DNA from: the human T2T-CHM13v2.0 reference genome, Homo sapiens
Strand: one strand, 5' to 3'
NCBI RefSeq assembly: GCF_009914755.1
Contig: NC_060937.1
Length of the DNA: 64,000 bases
In this document: in pieces, positions 32,187 to 46,599 of the stretch
Layout of the letters: every line of letters begins with the position of its first letter
Position numbering within the stretch: the first letter of the stretch is position 1
Notes under the pieces: generated by a model
What the model saw: the letters and a program-made list of their open reading frames with translations, nothing else
Told to the model about the DNA's origin: nothing
Databases searched by the model: none
Position numbers and translations under genes: made by a program

Positions 32187-33064
32187 TGTTGCATGACACA
32201 CTTTTACTTTACAGGAACTTCTTTCTCAGTGATCAATTTTTTTGTATCTTGTAGAATTATGATTTGCATGTTGCCTCTTCAATATGTGTCAAGCAATCAA
32301 TGTAGCACTGCTATTTCTTCCACACCCTTCAGTTGTTTAGTGTCACCATGACCATGCACTCTTTAATTTTCAAATTGAATCTGGATTTCTTCCAGAGACC
32401 CCTTAAGGAAACTGATTTCTGAATGTAAGTGGCTTACGCTGTGCATGATTTTTGCAACTGATGCTGTGGCAACCTCATATGGTTGGAGTAAAAACCTGAT
32501 GGCATCTTTGCCAGATGCTAAGTTTCAGGATAGACATGTTTTCATTAACTCTTTAATGAATATTATAATTTCTCATTTGAATGTTCTAATTTTCACCCCA
32601 CTAATTTTAATAAATTAAGAGTTGATTGTGGATTTTGGTTAGAACAAGTAATCTTCAATTTTCTGCCAATGTTGTAATTTATACTTTTAAATATGACTGT
32701 TTATTTGTATAATTAGATTTTGGTCATGTATTTCATAAAAACAGGCACTCAGTAGCTAAAGAAACTTTAAAATTATAAACAATTACTCTTGCAAAAATAA
32801 ATCATTCACCCAGAATGATAGATTCTTTCTGCTTAAGAAGATGGTTTACTTAATAGACAATTTCTTCCTTTGATATTTTCTAATAATAAAGTAAAACAAA
32901 AATGTATTTTTTAGTCAGTAACTGAAAAAATGTATAGCACTTTGGAACTGAATGTGTGGTACCTTGGGTCATCAAAGCATTTTTAATCATCTTTTAGCAA
33001 TTTCTAAACAGGTTTAATGCAATGAATATTGTTTTGAATTTCACCTAAATTGAAGATACTATTT

Positions 33065-34700
33065 TTTCTTTTTAAAATAATTTCAACTTTTGCTTTAGAT
33101 TGTACAGTGATTGTACAGTGAATGCATGTACAAGTTTGTTAAAGGGGTATATAGGATGAGGTTTTCGGTAAAAATGATTCCATCACCTAGTAGTGAGTAT
33201 AGTACCCAAAAGGTAATTTTTCAGCTTTTGCCCTATTCCTTCTCTCCCTTCTCTAGTAATCTCCAGTGTCTATTGTTGCCATCTTTATATCCATACATAC
33301 CCAATGTTTAACTCCCACTTATAAATGAGAACATATGGTATTTGGTTTTCTGAGCATGCATTAATTCACTTAGGATGTTGGCCTCCAGCTGTATCCATGT
33401 CACTGCAAAGGACAAGATTTTGTTCGTTTTTTATGGCTGTGTAGTATTCTATGGTGTATATATACCACATTTTCTTTATCCAATTCACAATAGATGGGCA
33501 CCTAGGTTGATTCCATGCCATTGCCACTGTGAATAGTGCTATAATGACTATAAGAGTGCATGTGTCTTTTTTGTATAATGATTTATTTTCCTTTGGGGAT
33601 ATACCCAGTAGTGGAATTACCAAGTTGAATGATAATTCTATTTTAATTTCTTTGAGAAATTGCCAAGCTGCTTTCCACATTAGCCAAACTAATTTACGTT
33701 GCCACCAACATTGTATAAACATTCTCTTCTCTCCACAGCCTTGCCAGCATCTTACAGCCTTTGATTTTTTTTTTTAATAGTAGCTATTTTGACTGGTATG
33801 AGATGGTATCTCATTGTAGTTTTGATTTGCATTTCCTTGCTGCTTTATAATGTTGAAAATTTTTTCATGTTTGTTGGCTGCTTGTATGTCTTCTTGTTGA
33901 AGTGCCTTTCCATGTCCTTTGCCCATTTTTTAATGGAGTTATTTTTTGCTTGCTGATTGGTTTAAGTTTAGTATAAATTTTGGATATTAGATCTTTATCA
34001 GGTGCATAATTTTCAAGTATTTTTCTCCCATTCTGTGGGTTGTCTGTTTACTCTGTTGATAGTTTCTTTTGCTGGGCAAAAGCTCTTTAATTAGGCCCTA
34101 CTTGTTAACTTTGTTTTGTTGCAATTGTTTTTGAGGACTTAGTTAGTCATAAATTCTCTGCCAAGGCCAAGAACGGTATCGTTCAGAATGGTATTTCCTA
34201 GGTTATCTTCTAGGATTTGTATAGTTTGAGATTTTACATTTAGATCTTTAATCTATCTTCAATTAAATTTTGTATATAGTAAAAGGTAGTGGTCCAGTTG
34301 TATTTTTCTGCATATGGCTAGCCAGTTATCCCAGCACCATTTATTAAATAAGAACTCCTTTCTTCAGTGCTTAATTTTGTTGACTTTGTTGAAGATCAGA
34401 TGGTCATAAGTGCATGGCTTTATTCCTGGTTTCTCTATTCTGTTCAATTGGTCTATGTGTCCGTTTTGTACCAGGCTGTTTTGGTTACTATAGCCTTATA
34501 ATATAGTTTGAAGTCAGGTAATGTGATTCCTCTGGCTTTGTGTTTTTGGTTACAGTTGCCTTGGCTATCCAGGCTCTTTTTTTGGTTTCATATTAATTTT
34601 AGAGTAGTTTTTTCCTAATTCTATGAAAAATGACACTGGTATTTTGATAGAAACAACATTGAATCTGTAGATTGCTTTTGGCCGTATGAGAATTTTAACT
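33065..34700 (-). mobile_element. Older primate L1 (L1PA15/16-like), 3' 1.6 kb
   Basis: Antisense ORF2 C-terminus (WNQPRCPSIVNWIKKMW) and 3' UTR. Confidence 0.82.
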
Positions 34701-34757
34701 ATTTTTTTAAATAATTTGTTTTCTTTTTCTATTTTTTTTCAAAATGCACATTATATA

Positions 34758-35515
34758 TGTAAACCAAAAAGTATCTGAGAAGTTTCAGTCAATTTGGAAA
34801 CTTATTTTGCCAAGGTTACAGACAGGCCTAGGACACAGATCTATGACTTTCTCGAAAGAAGAGTTTGAGGACTTCAATATTTAAAGGGGAAAAGTAGGCT
34901 GGAGGAGAAAGAGGCAGGGTAGGATGGGGGTAAGGTCACACTACTGAATTCACATGTTGCTAGATAAAAAGGAGTAGGGAGAGGAATAGTCACTTATGTA
35001 TTCATCTCACAGGCAGTAAATCAGCATTTTACATAAGGTAAATGTAGAGCAGCTACCTGTGGAAATATTTAACCTTTTATCTGTGGCTACCTATCTATTT
35101 AGGAACAAAGCTAAAGGCAGTTTCTTGTATGACTCAGCTTTCAGCTTAATTTTTTTACTTTTGGCGTGGCAAATTGGAGTCCCAAGTTTTTATTTTCTCT
35201 TTAAAATATTTTAAAAATTGTTTTATTTTATTTTTAAAATCTTTCAGAGAAAGCATTTTAGAAGAAAATGAGTCTCTGTTCTTGGGTTTTGTCTGGTTTC
35301 TCATGGCTAGGACAATTTATTCTTAGATGAATAGGTCCCACGTTGTTAGGAAAGCTCATTTTTAGCAGGTTGTGAAGTTCCCGTCCTGCAAAGAAAAAAT
35401 TGAGGGAGGAAGAGAGAAAGAAAACAGAGGAAAAAGAGGAGTAAATAACAAAAAAAAAAAAAAGAGAGAGAGAGAGAACAATCCTGGAAAATTGATATAG
35501 GCCATGTAACTCTGA
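34758..35515 (-). mobile_element. MER4-family LTR (MER4D/E-like), partial
   Basis: TGTAAACCAAAAAGTATCTGAGA...TTATTTTGCCAAGGTT...TTCAATATTTAAAGGGGAAA. Confidence 0.7.
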
Positions 35516-36455
35516 GATGAACTACTAGGAACTTAAACAAATTTACAAGAAAAAAACAACCCCATCAAAAAATGGGCAAAGTATATGAACAGACACTTCT
35601 TATAAAGAAGACATTTATGCAGCCAACAAATATATGAAAAAAAAGCTCAGCATCACTGATCATTAGAGAAATGCAAATCAAAACCACAATGAGATACTAT
35701 CTCACACCAGTCAGAAGGGCAATTATGAAAAAATCAAGAAACAATAGATGCTGGTGAGGCTATGAAGAAATAGGAACCCTTTTACACTGTTGATGGGAAC
35801 ATAAATTATTTCAACCATTATGGAAGACAGTGTGGCAATTCCTCAAGGATCTAGAACCAGAAATACCATTTGACTCAGCAATCTCATTACTGGATATATA
35901 CCCAAAGGAATATAAATCATTCTACTATAAAGACACATGCAGACATATGTTTATTGCAGCACTATTTACAATACCAAAGACATTTGGAACCAACCAAAAT
36001 GTCCATCAATAATTGACTGGATAAAGAAAATGCAGTGCATATACACCATGGAATACTATGCAGCCATAAAAAGGAATGAGATCATGTGCTTTGCAGAGAC
36101 ATGGATGAAGCTGGAAGCCATTATCCTCAGCAAACTAACACAGGAATAGAAAACTAAACACCACATGTTCTCACTGGTAAGTGGGAGTTGAACAATGAGA
36201 ACACATGGACACAGGGAAGGAAACAACACATACAGGGACCTGTCAGTGGGCGGGAGTGAGGGGAGGGAGAGCATTACAACAAATAGCTAATGCATGCAGG
36301 GCTTAAGACCTACGTGATGGGTTGATAGGTTCAGCAAACCACCATAGCACACGTATACCTATGTAACAAACCTACACATTCTGCACTTGTATCTCAAAAC
36401 TTAAAGTTTAAACAACAACAACAACAACAACAAAAAACCACAAAGAAAAAAAGAA
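35516..36455 (+). mobile_element. L1PA8/10-like 3' end with (AAC)n tail
   Basis: ORF2 end + AATAGCTAATGCATGCAGGGCTTAA...GCAAACCACCAT 3' UTR. Confidence 0.85.
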
Positions 36456-37195
36456 ATGTCCTAATTAATTAAAAAACGCTTCAAAAATATATTTAAACTA
36501 AATAAAGTTAAACCATGTTCTCATACATTTCTGTTAAAAATGTAAATTGGCACACACAAATTTTGGGAAAGTGTATTAGCAATATGAAAGTGAAACCGTA
36601 AAAATGTTCATTGTCTTGAACATTATTTTTGATTCTGTAAATTACCCTAATAAAAAATCCAACAATTAGTAAAATGCTGTATGACATAGGTATTTGTAAA
36701 AGTGAGATCAATGAAAAATAAAAATTGAAAGCAACCTAAATGTTTGAACCAAAGGACTAAATTAAGGAAACTTTTAAATAAACTTAGAACATGAGACAGA
36801 TCATGAGAATAAAGGCTCTGAAGATGTACAGATGTTTATCAATACATTTAGTTTAAAATCAAGACATACCCATATATATACACACATATATATGTGTATA
36901 TATATGTATTATGTTCACAATCATAAAATTACAGTAGGAGAAATTTTTTAAAATAGTGGAAATATATCTGAATATTTAATATTGGGTTACATTAGATGGC
37001 TAATTGGGTTAATTATCCAAGTATATCTTTTTTTTTGTTAATACAGTTTTTATTTTCTAATTTGGTAAATTTAGTTCAATATTAATATCTCATTACCTTT
37101 TTATATAAAAGATATAAATAATAAATGCCAACCTAGCTTTAAATGGACATAAAAATATACTAAATATGTTATATCAAGGCTTCTATGTGCTGGTC

Positions 37196-37582
<387 letters not shown>

Positions 37583-38799
37583 TGACACTAACAATTGCAA
37601 TGAAGAAAAACATATTCCCCCATGTCTAAGCCTCTTGTTGATAGCTAATTATACATAAATATGTGTGATATAAGTGAGGGAGAAGGTATGGTAGAGAGAA
37701 GAAAAATAGAAAGTTTTCCATCCCCCTGACCCCAAAAGTGCATATACAATTATACAATTCCTTGGAAGTGACTAGGCGATTATAGGTAATGGATACCAAT
37801 GTGTCCTAGTCCTAGTTTTATCAATGCATCCTTTTTCTTTTTTTTTTTTTTTAGATTTTGCAAATTACACTTGAAGTCTATAATGTTAAAATTCTTATCT
37901 TTTGATATTTCTTTTTTACTAATTGGCAAGAAATAGGTTTTCTTCAATTTTTATTTATAAGCTTCATGTTTAATTAGTTACTTAACCTATCATGAAAAGG
38001 AACAAGTCAATCAGCTAACATTTTGCATTTCTTTACCAACCAAATTTGAAAAGAAAATGGAAATACTGAGCAGAAATTTAATCAGTTTAAAATAGCCTTT
38101 GTAATAGTTTATATCTTGAAAAAGTATTATTTCTTAACTTTTAATAAGAGAAATAACGAGGCTAACTCTTCATGATCTTTAGATTATTATAAAGATTATT
38201 TTAAAATAATTTCTAGATTATTTTTTAAAGACCAATTATTCAGTCTTAAAAAAATAATTTTATAATTATTTTCAGCTAAAAATTATTATAAGTTGACCTC
38301 TTTAGATGCCTAGCACTCCTCTCAGTCAACTTTCTTCTTATTACTAAGTATCTACGTCTGTTAACAAAGTTATGGTATCTAAACCTTACAGAAGAGAGAA
38401 ATTAGGAAAAATTATTAAGAATTTTAATAAGGCAAGGTTTGTGAGAATTGTGTAAATCACAGGGAAACAAGTCTCAGGTTTTGATACACCAGTTAACTCT
38501 CTAATGATGTTCAAAGACCATTAGCTCCTAATACTAATAGTGCCTTTTTAATGACCTTTTAATTAACCCCCTTTGATAACATAACGAAATTTTCCCACTC
38601 AGTGCTACCCACTGAGCAGTCATCAACGACCAGAAGGCAACGGGTCTTTATTCCTTGTGTAAATTCTTAAGATATTGGTATTCATTGTTCTCTGTCTCTT
38701 CTATAGTTATAATAAAAGTATACTTGCACTGCAAGGAAATAATAGAAGCAATACAATATGAATTATTCCATATTTAAAATATCCATGTCTTAATTTATA

Positions 38800-40330
38800 T
38801 ATTTATTAATTCATTCATCAAGTACTTACAGAATGTACACTGTATGCAGGGATTAGGGATTGGCTATGTCTTAGAAATCAAGCTTAAAAAAGACAAAATT
38901 CCTGTTCAAGGAAAGCTTTTATGTCTAAGGGAGAAGACAACCAAGAAAACAAATGCAAAACTAAATAACTACACATAATATAGTCAGGGTAAATATGGTA
39001 GAAATATAAACAAAGCCTGCCTACTTCTCCATTAATAGAAATTAATTGAGAGGCCATACTAGGCGAGTATCTTTATAGAATGATCTTGTTTTTTAATATA
39101 ATCCTATAAGAGCTGGGTAATATTATCTACAGAGATAAATAGAGTCAGAAAAAGTAAATTTACTTAGACAATGCAGCTAGTGAATATTAAATCTCAGAAT
39201 CAAACCAATGTCAATCTAATTCTAGAGTCTCTATTCTTACGTTAAATTCCAATGATTAATGGAAGTCTAGAAAGATGAGTAAGCCTTTTACAGGTAAACA
39301 GGGTAAGGGCGAAAAGCTTGTTCTAATCCACTGAAATTTGTTCAAATAATATTTTGTAACCCCATAAAGCAAAAGTGTCCATTTCTCCTGCAAGGTTGAT
39401 GATAGTAATACAGCAAATCCATATGTAGCCCTAATATAAGTGCTTTATATACATAGTCATTTATTTATTTTAACAATCTTATGAGGATCTACTGTTAGCT
39501 CTGTTTTACCCTGGAGGAAACAGAGTGGTTAAGTACTTTGTCTAGAGAAACATGCCTGGTAACTGTTGAAGCCAGGATGTGCAACCAGGCAGTAAACCAT
39601 GAAGTGACAGGCAATCCTGCTTCCCTCTGAATGCTACAGGCTGTGCCAGAGACTTGAGGTGTATGCAATGGGTAAACCATTAGTGCATTCAATTCAATCT
39701 AGAAGTTTTTCCCTTCATGAATGGAAATAAGGATTATAGAGAAGGGACATGTTTGGGTAACCATCTCTTGTACTCTGAAAGCATCCTCTGTATTTATCGA
39801 AAATGACACATCACAATACTAGATGATTACATGTTTACTTTACTGTGTCTTCTTTACTTTCTCCACCACATTCACCACTTCCCTGGCTGCATCTCCTTGA
39901 TGGTAGGGACTCTGCCTTTTTTGCTGTTGGATCCACAGCTCCTGGTGGGTGGAGTGATTGCTACCTCCAGGCATGATCTTTGTCACCTGCAAGACCAGAT
40001 AAGAGTTCAGAAAAAAACAGTACAGGCAGGAGATGATGAGGCTTAAACCACAGTCCTAGCAAAGGGGAAGAGAACTAGGGAATATATTGCTGAAATATTT
40101 AAAATGTAATGATTGTTTAGATATTGGTTGAAAGAGAGGAAAAAATATAGGATGATTTACAAGTTTCTGGTGGGGGGTGGGGAATATGTGGGTGACAGAA
40201 TGATTCATTAGGAGAGGGATTTTAGGAGTTAAGTGTGAAATATATTATAAGTCTGATTTGCCTGTTGTTAAATAGAAATGAGATGTTCAGGAGGCAGTTG
40301 GACACGAAAGCTGTGAATACAAATTCAGAG
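38800..40330. mobile_element. Cluster of ancient L2 and MIR fragments
   Basis: TTCATTCATCAAGTACTTA...; GAAACAGAGTGGTTAAGTACTTTGTCTAGAG; GAGATGTTCAGGAGGCAGTTGGA; boundaries approximate. Confidence 0.5.
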
Positions 40331-41179
40331 TTATCATTTATTACTGCCATTAAAAACATAAAACTTCAGCAATTCCTATTTTTAAAAAAAGTCCCACATC
40401 AACTATTGGCTACATTGCAAACCATATTTACTTTTAATCAGTGTAGTTTTTAACCTTTTAATTAGAAATTTTAAAATAAATGCTTCTATTCTTCTGGATA
40501 TTTTTTATTTTGTATATTTTAAATGTATTTTCGATTTTGGCATTTTTCGATGAAAATCTATGTTTTGAGCATTTGCATCTTGTACTTTCTTTCTTAATAC
40601 TTTAAATTTTAATTTCTACTTGCTATATCTTCTGATGGCATGTTGCTAAAAACCACTTATATATGACTACAGAGAACAAGGAAGGCATTTCATAATAGAG
40701 TTTTTCAAGTTTTGCAAAAGCAGAATGAGAATAAAATATGGCTTGCACACCTTACAGGTTTATTTTAAGTATGAACAGAAGTAACATATGGAAAAATTTT
40801 CGCATATGTTCTTTATATTTTATTTTAGAAATATAAAGTGCAATGGAGAGACAATATTTAGTATCTTCTTTCAGAGATTCAGAAATCAGAAATCTCTTCT
40901 TCTCCTTCTTCTTCTCCTTCTTCTTGACTTTCTAATTACACCAAAATAATTTTTTACTTAAGAAGAGGAAAAAATAGATTGTAATTCCAAGGTTGAATAC
41001 TCTTTTCTCAATTTTAGACTATTCAAGTAATCTCTCATTAACTTCCTAAATTTGTTCCTAAGAAATACAATCTCAGTGAGTCTGAGTAACTAAAAAATAT
41101 GGTGCAAAAATAATCTTATATCAAATTCTAAGTGTTGAGAAAGGCAGTCTCATTACATGGTAATCTTCTAACTCTCATT

Positions 41180-41700
41180 CTACACCATGGGAATGGGCCT
41201 TGGGCCTGGAACACTTCTTTACCACGGAATAAAGGCCCACACAGTCTGTAGAGAGCTCACTGCCTTGTGTAATAGTCCCTGTTTCAGACACAATGTGTCC
41301 TCCTTTGTTCTGCTTCAGTGAGTAACCCTGAGGCCCCCGACTTGCAATGTTTTCAGACTTCCTGGGGGAAGAGAAGGGGGTTTCTACTGCACAAGCGGGG
41401 TGCAATTCCCCTGTATTGGCTTAATGGGGGAGAATTAGGGGGAGACCCACTAGCCACGGAGGACTGATGCATAATATTGGAGCTGATCTTCCTCTGTCTC
41501 TTCTCCGTGTGATAAAAAGCCTTGTACCAGTGCTTGAACATACCATGTTTTCCTTGGCGATTCCAATACTGTAGCGGACACAAGCGTTTTGGACTTCTAT
41601 TTCTAGTGATTGCCATAGTGAGGATTTTTGCTATCCCTCAAGCAGTTAGAGTCCACCCCTGGCATTAGTAACTGGTGCACAGTGTCCTGCTCCACACTAA
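41180..41700. mobile_element. Probable old ERVL-type LTR (family not resolved)
   Basis: GC-richer ~500-bp island with LTR-like composition in an AT-rich context. Confidence 0.35.
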
Positions 41701-41849
41701 TGTGCTGCTTTGTATTATCATTGCTCCCTTCATTCCTATGTTCAAACAAGAGCTAGGAATAATTAGTCTACAGTCTCATAAGTCTACACCTCTTCCATTT
41801 GTTCAACTTATGTACCTACTTATCATATATGAAAATAAAAATGTAATAT

Positions 41850-41915
41850 TACATCTCATGCACCTCATAAATATATACGCCTACTATGTACACACAAAAA
41901 TTAAAAATAAAAAAT
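41850..41915 (+). mobile_element. Short L1MA/L1PB 3' end
   Basis: CATAAATATATACGCCTACTATGTACACACAAAAATTAAAAATAAAAAA. Confidence 0.65.
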
Positions 41916-42951
41916 TGAACATGTAATGTTATCTTCACAAGGTGATGATTTTTTATAATCTATAATCAAATTTGTAATATGTATATTCCCAAGCATATAT
42001 CTAGTATATAATTGTTTCCATTTAATAAGTAGAATGATTCAATAAACACTTATTGACTATATCCTATGTGCTAGGGACATTGCTAGGCTATGTTTATACT
42101 ATGATAAATAAACTAGACAAGGTCCCTACTCTTGTGGGAATTTTGTCTCATTTTGCTAGACAGAGTGTGGGCGATTATAGTATGGCAGCATATTTTTTGT
42201 ATAATATCGTGGGATATTTCTCTATTGCATCATCCCCTACCTCATCTCCCATGACTTAAACATATAGTTCCTACCTCCACTGTATCCCCATTTTATTTTT
42301 CCATGCTTAGAAAAACTACATTTTCAAGTTCTATTAAAACTGTTTTATGTTATGTTTTTTTCCATTGAAGAGGAAATAAGTTTCATCAACACTGTGTATG
42401 CAGCTACTAGCATTAGGTGTCCATTCTATGTTGAACAAAGTAATAAGATGAGTGTGGTTCTAAGGAAGAACAAGATGCTCAATTAATTGCTGTTGAATGC
42501 AAATGCCAGTGTACATTGAGTGTATTTACAGGCCGAAGAGGTCTCACTCTTCTGAAAAATACAGCAGAAATTTTGAGGATGTCTAGTGATAATTTAATAA
42601 TCATGTTTGTATTTATTTTTATGTTTATCCTTTTGTTGCATTTTTCTTTTTGTCATTTTGAATCCTTTTAATAGAAACTCAAGCTGTGCTGTGTCACATG
42701 ACAAAATGAAAGCCGGTTTCTTTCCTCATGTGAGAACTTCATATAAATTAAGTTTGCTTATCTAATTATAACCAGAAAAAACAAATATACAAAATGGTTG
42801 TCAAAGGTAAGTTTCTACCTCCAGGATTGTTCTATTATATTTTCCTTCCCAAGCTAAACAAAAGAATTAAGTTCTCTATTATACAATCAAACAAGGGACC
42901 AAGCAATTTTTATCTTTGGTTATAGATATGACTAAAAATAATGTTTAAATA

Positions 42952-43269
42952 GGCCAGGTGCAGTGGCTCATGCCTGTAATCCCAGGACTTTGGGAGGCCA
43001 AGGCGGGTGGATCACCTGAGGTTAGGAGTTCGAGACCAACCTTACCAACAGGGAGAAACCCCGTCTCTACTAAAAATACAAAATTAGCCGGGTATGGTGA
43101 CGCATGCCTGTAATCCCAGCTACTCAGGTGGCTGAGGCAGGAGAATCGCTTGAATGGTGGTGATGGGGGTGGGTGGAGTTTGCAGTGAACCAGGATCATG
43201 CCATTGCTCTCCAGCCTGGGCAACAAGAGAGAAACTCCATCTCAAAATAAATAAATAAATAAAAATAAT
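42952..43269 (+). mobile_element. AluSq/Sp-like
   Basis: GGGCAACAAGAGAGAAACTCC; TSD AATAATGTTTAAATA at 42937-42951 / 43270-43284. Confidence 0.9.
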
Positions 43270-46200
43270 AATAATGTTTAAATAAAGTGTTAAAAAAAGT
43301 TATAGAAGTTCACCAATGTTCCAAGTCATATGTTGCTACTGAAGACTATCTTGAAAGATTTTACAGCTGAGTTCAAGTAGCATCTTTGACAAAAGCTTCT
43401 TGATTAATTTTTGTGGCCATGAAGTAGCACCAGAAGAAAAGTGTACTGTGTATACCTTATAGCTAAGTCCTTAAGCCGTATCCTTGGTTATGTTATATAC
43501 TTGCCATTTTAAGTACAGATCTTTTTGCCATTGTAGCAGAAATTCTAATCCAAAAATGTTCTTGCCTTCTCCTCACCTAATAAGTTCTAATTACTTTTTA
43601 AATTAAGTGTACTTACACTGTAATGGAGTTTGAAATTCTGTAGGCTCCTGAAGCAGGCACAAGTAAATTTTTAATATTGATTTAGGGTTTTTCCATTTGT
43701 TTGTTTTTCAGGATTTGATGGCACACAAAAACAGCCACTAACATCTCTCACATGTTTGGAAAGAATGGAATTATTACATTTAAAAAATGGCAAATATTTG
43801 TGATAAATGCAATTCGTGGATATCACCAAAAAAATGAACAATTTAGTCAAATCATTCCTGCAAAGTATTTTCACAAATATGTAAAGTCAGTAGTTCAATT
43901 TTCACTCTTTTGTTAGCAAATACGTGTTGCGCTGCTTGATTTTAAAACTTAGCTGATAAGAATCCAGTCTGATTCAACTGGAATTTTTTTCTTTCACTCC
44001 TGCTCCTGACTGAAATCCTGAAAAAATTCAGTCTGTAGCTGAGAGTCAGCCACTCCATTACCTGTCCTTTTCTTTGAGCTAGTTTAGCCCTTCTTTCACT
44101 GTTTTTTTTTTTTCAGCTTTCAAGACTACATTTTCAGATGAAAGTGAGTGCCTTCACTTTATGCATTTGTGTGTGTGCAACCCTCAAGGAAAGTCACCCA
44201 AATCCCAAGATGGGTGTGTCTTCCCCTTACTGACAGAATTCAGCCAAAAACATTCCCTTCTGATCCTGTCCTACCATTTCCACTGAGCAAGAGTGACTGA
44301 CTCTTCCTGTTATCCATCCTCATTCTTGCTTTTTCAACCTAGGAAGTGGAGTTGAACCAGCACTTCTAGGGAAGGTTTTTTGTTTGTAGCAATTACTTCA
44401 GCCCCTTAGAATGACTTTCCTAGATGGCAGTCTTGACTTTTCTGGTCACTCGAATTGAAATTTTCAATTCCTCTTCCTGAAACCTCAAATCAGTCATCAC
44501 TGCTGCATTTTTATTTAGTAGACTTTATCACTTTCTGGCATGCTACAGATTTTATGTATGTATGTACCCCTATTTCCCTCCCTGGAATGAAAGAAAGCCC
44601 CACAAAGGGAGGTTTGTTGCTGCTGTGTTGTTTTGTTTCTGTTTTTCTTGCTGTGTCCCTAACATCCAGAATCCTTCTGGGAGCATAGAAAGATTTCAAT
44701 ATGTATATATTATTTCCATGATTGGAGATGCTCTGAGAATTTTTCTGCTTCTGTTAAGGAAAATTATACCAAAAGAGTATAACACATTTCTTCTCCTGGC
44801 TATCCTTCTAAAAAGTGGATCAAAGAAAAGCCCCTTCTAGACTCCCTTGCTCTAGACACATTGCCACTGGACATTCAACAGCCGTTCTCCATGCGCAGAT
44901 ATCACTTTGTCTCTGTTACATTACAGTTACTTAACTTGCAATAACTCTTTGTTGATTGAGATAATTTACCTAATTAAATGCAGTTTTCAGAGGACTTCTC
45001 AGACAAGTTACGGAAAAAATCTACTGTAGCTTATTCAGATAAAAAAATGTGAATACTTCTCTCTTCCTACCAGTTTAAGCACTCTGGGTGATCTGCTTTC
45101 TTCTGTAATTTCAGGTTTCCTATAAGGAAAGCACAGAGCTCCCACAGGAAACCTTTTATATCTCTGGAGTTCTGTGACATCTTTGGCTTTTCTTGGTAAA
45201 GTAATATTTTAATGTTTACAAACATGGTATCCAATGGTACAAGCATTGTTGAGAATGCCTCTACATTTATCCTGTATTTTTTTAATTGTTGATGGATAAA
45301 ACTACTCCTTTCTGAGGAGTGGAGAAGGAAAGCACCCCACAGTATTTAAAAGATTTTTTCTGATATTGGCATTTAGCAGTAGCACTAACAGCTTGATCCT
45401 TTAGAAAAAATTCAAGAAAACTGCGTCCTTGACGAGGGATATCTATTGCTTGCTGGAGTGAGAGCAGCTACCGCATCTTCTGATCTCATCATTAGCAATG
45501 AAACTGGTAACCCACTTCGGCAAATTGGCAGATTGAGTAGGGAGTATGAGGAGCAAAGTGATAGCCTTTCCTTTATCTGTGCTCCAGAGTTAAGAGCATT
45601 TTCAGCTTTTCTTTGCAGTATTGCTGCAGTGCAGCAGTGAGAAATCATAATAGGAAGAAAAAGAAACGGATAGCTAATGATGAAAAAGTCTCTCTGAAGT
45701 TGCAGCAGAGATGAGTCTATAGCACAGGACTTACCTGGGGATTGTTGGAGTGGCTCTGAAAACACACACATACAGACACGCGTGCACACACACACATGCA
45801 CACAAATCCTTTTATTCCTTTTGGTCATCATCTACTATCATCTTCCAAGTGTGATTCTTCTTAAAAATAACAATCCATGTATTATTATCTGACCCTAATA
45901 TTTTAAATCCCCTAAGGTTATATATCAATGAAGTTTATTTTTTTGTAAAACATTTTTTCCTCCTTTTAGTGTTTAGTTCAACTGTTATAGCATTTTAAGG
46001 GGGAAAATTATATATATTATATATGTGTGTGTGTGTCTGTGTGTGTTTGTGTGTGTATGAACATAAGAGACAGCTTTTTTTAAAAGCACAGAAATTCAAT
46101 CCAGTTAACTTTTCACTTGTTTCTTTTATAATGATGTCTGATTTATAGTGAACGTATGCTATAACGTTTACTCATATTTTGGTGGCAATGAAAAGTAAGA

Positions 46201-46599
46201 TATATTTTATTGCAAACTTCAGAACACATATAAGAGGACTTGTCAGCCAAGCACATAATTTTCAGCACATAAATGAGGCAGCAGTTTCCCAGTACTTTAT
46301 ATCGTATTAGGAGTAGACTTCTCACATCCATGCAGACCACCCTTCTGAGAGCTTTGCTTTAGACCACCATGTTCCTGCTACTACAGTCATCAATTTCCAG
46401 CACTCAGAACAACCCCCATCCCTGCTTACCACTAAGAATTTAGGATCAGAATGTCTTTTCCACATATAAGCAACACATGGAACCTAAATAACTGCTCTGA
46501 TTGGTTTATAGGCCTCAACAAAAGTGCTTTACAGGAGCAAGTGTAGTTGTCCCTTTTAAACTAACAGAAGGTGGAGTTGAACTGACATCTTGTTAGGAA

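Noticed and set aside
38597-38617. Small inverted repeat CTCAGTG-N5-CACTGAG
   Set aside because: A 7-bp stem is expected by chance in 64 kb
45412-45831. 139-aa minus-strand ORF
   Set aside because: Starts in a GT repeat, has no recognisable domain and reads through a strong splice donor
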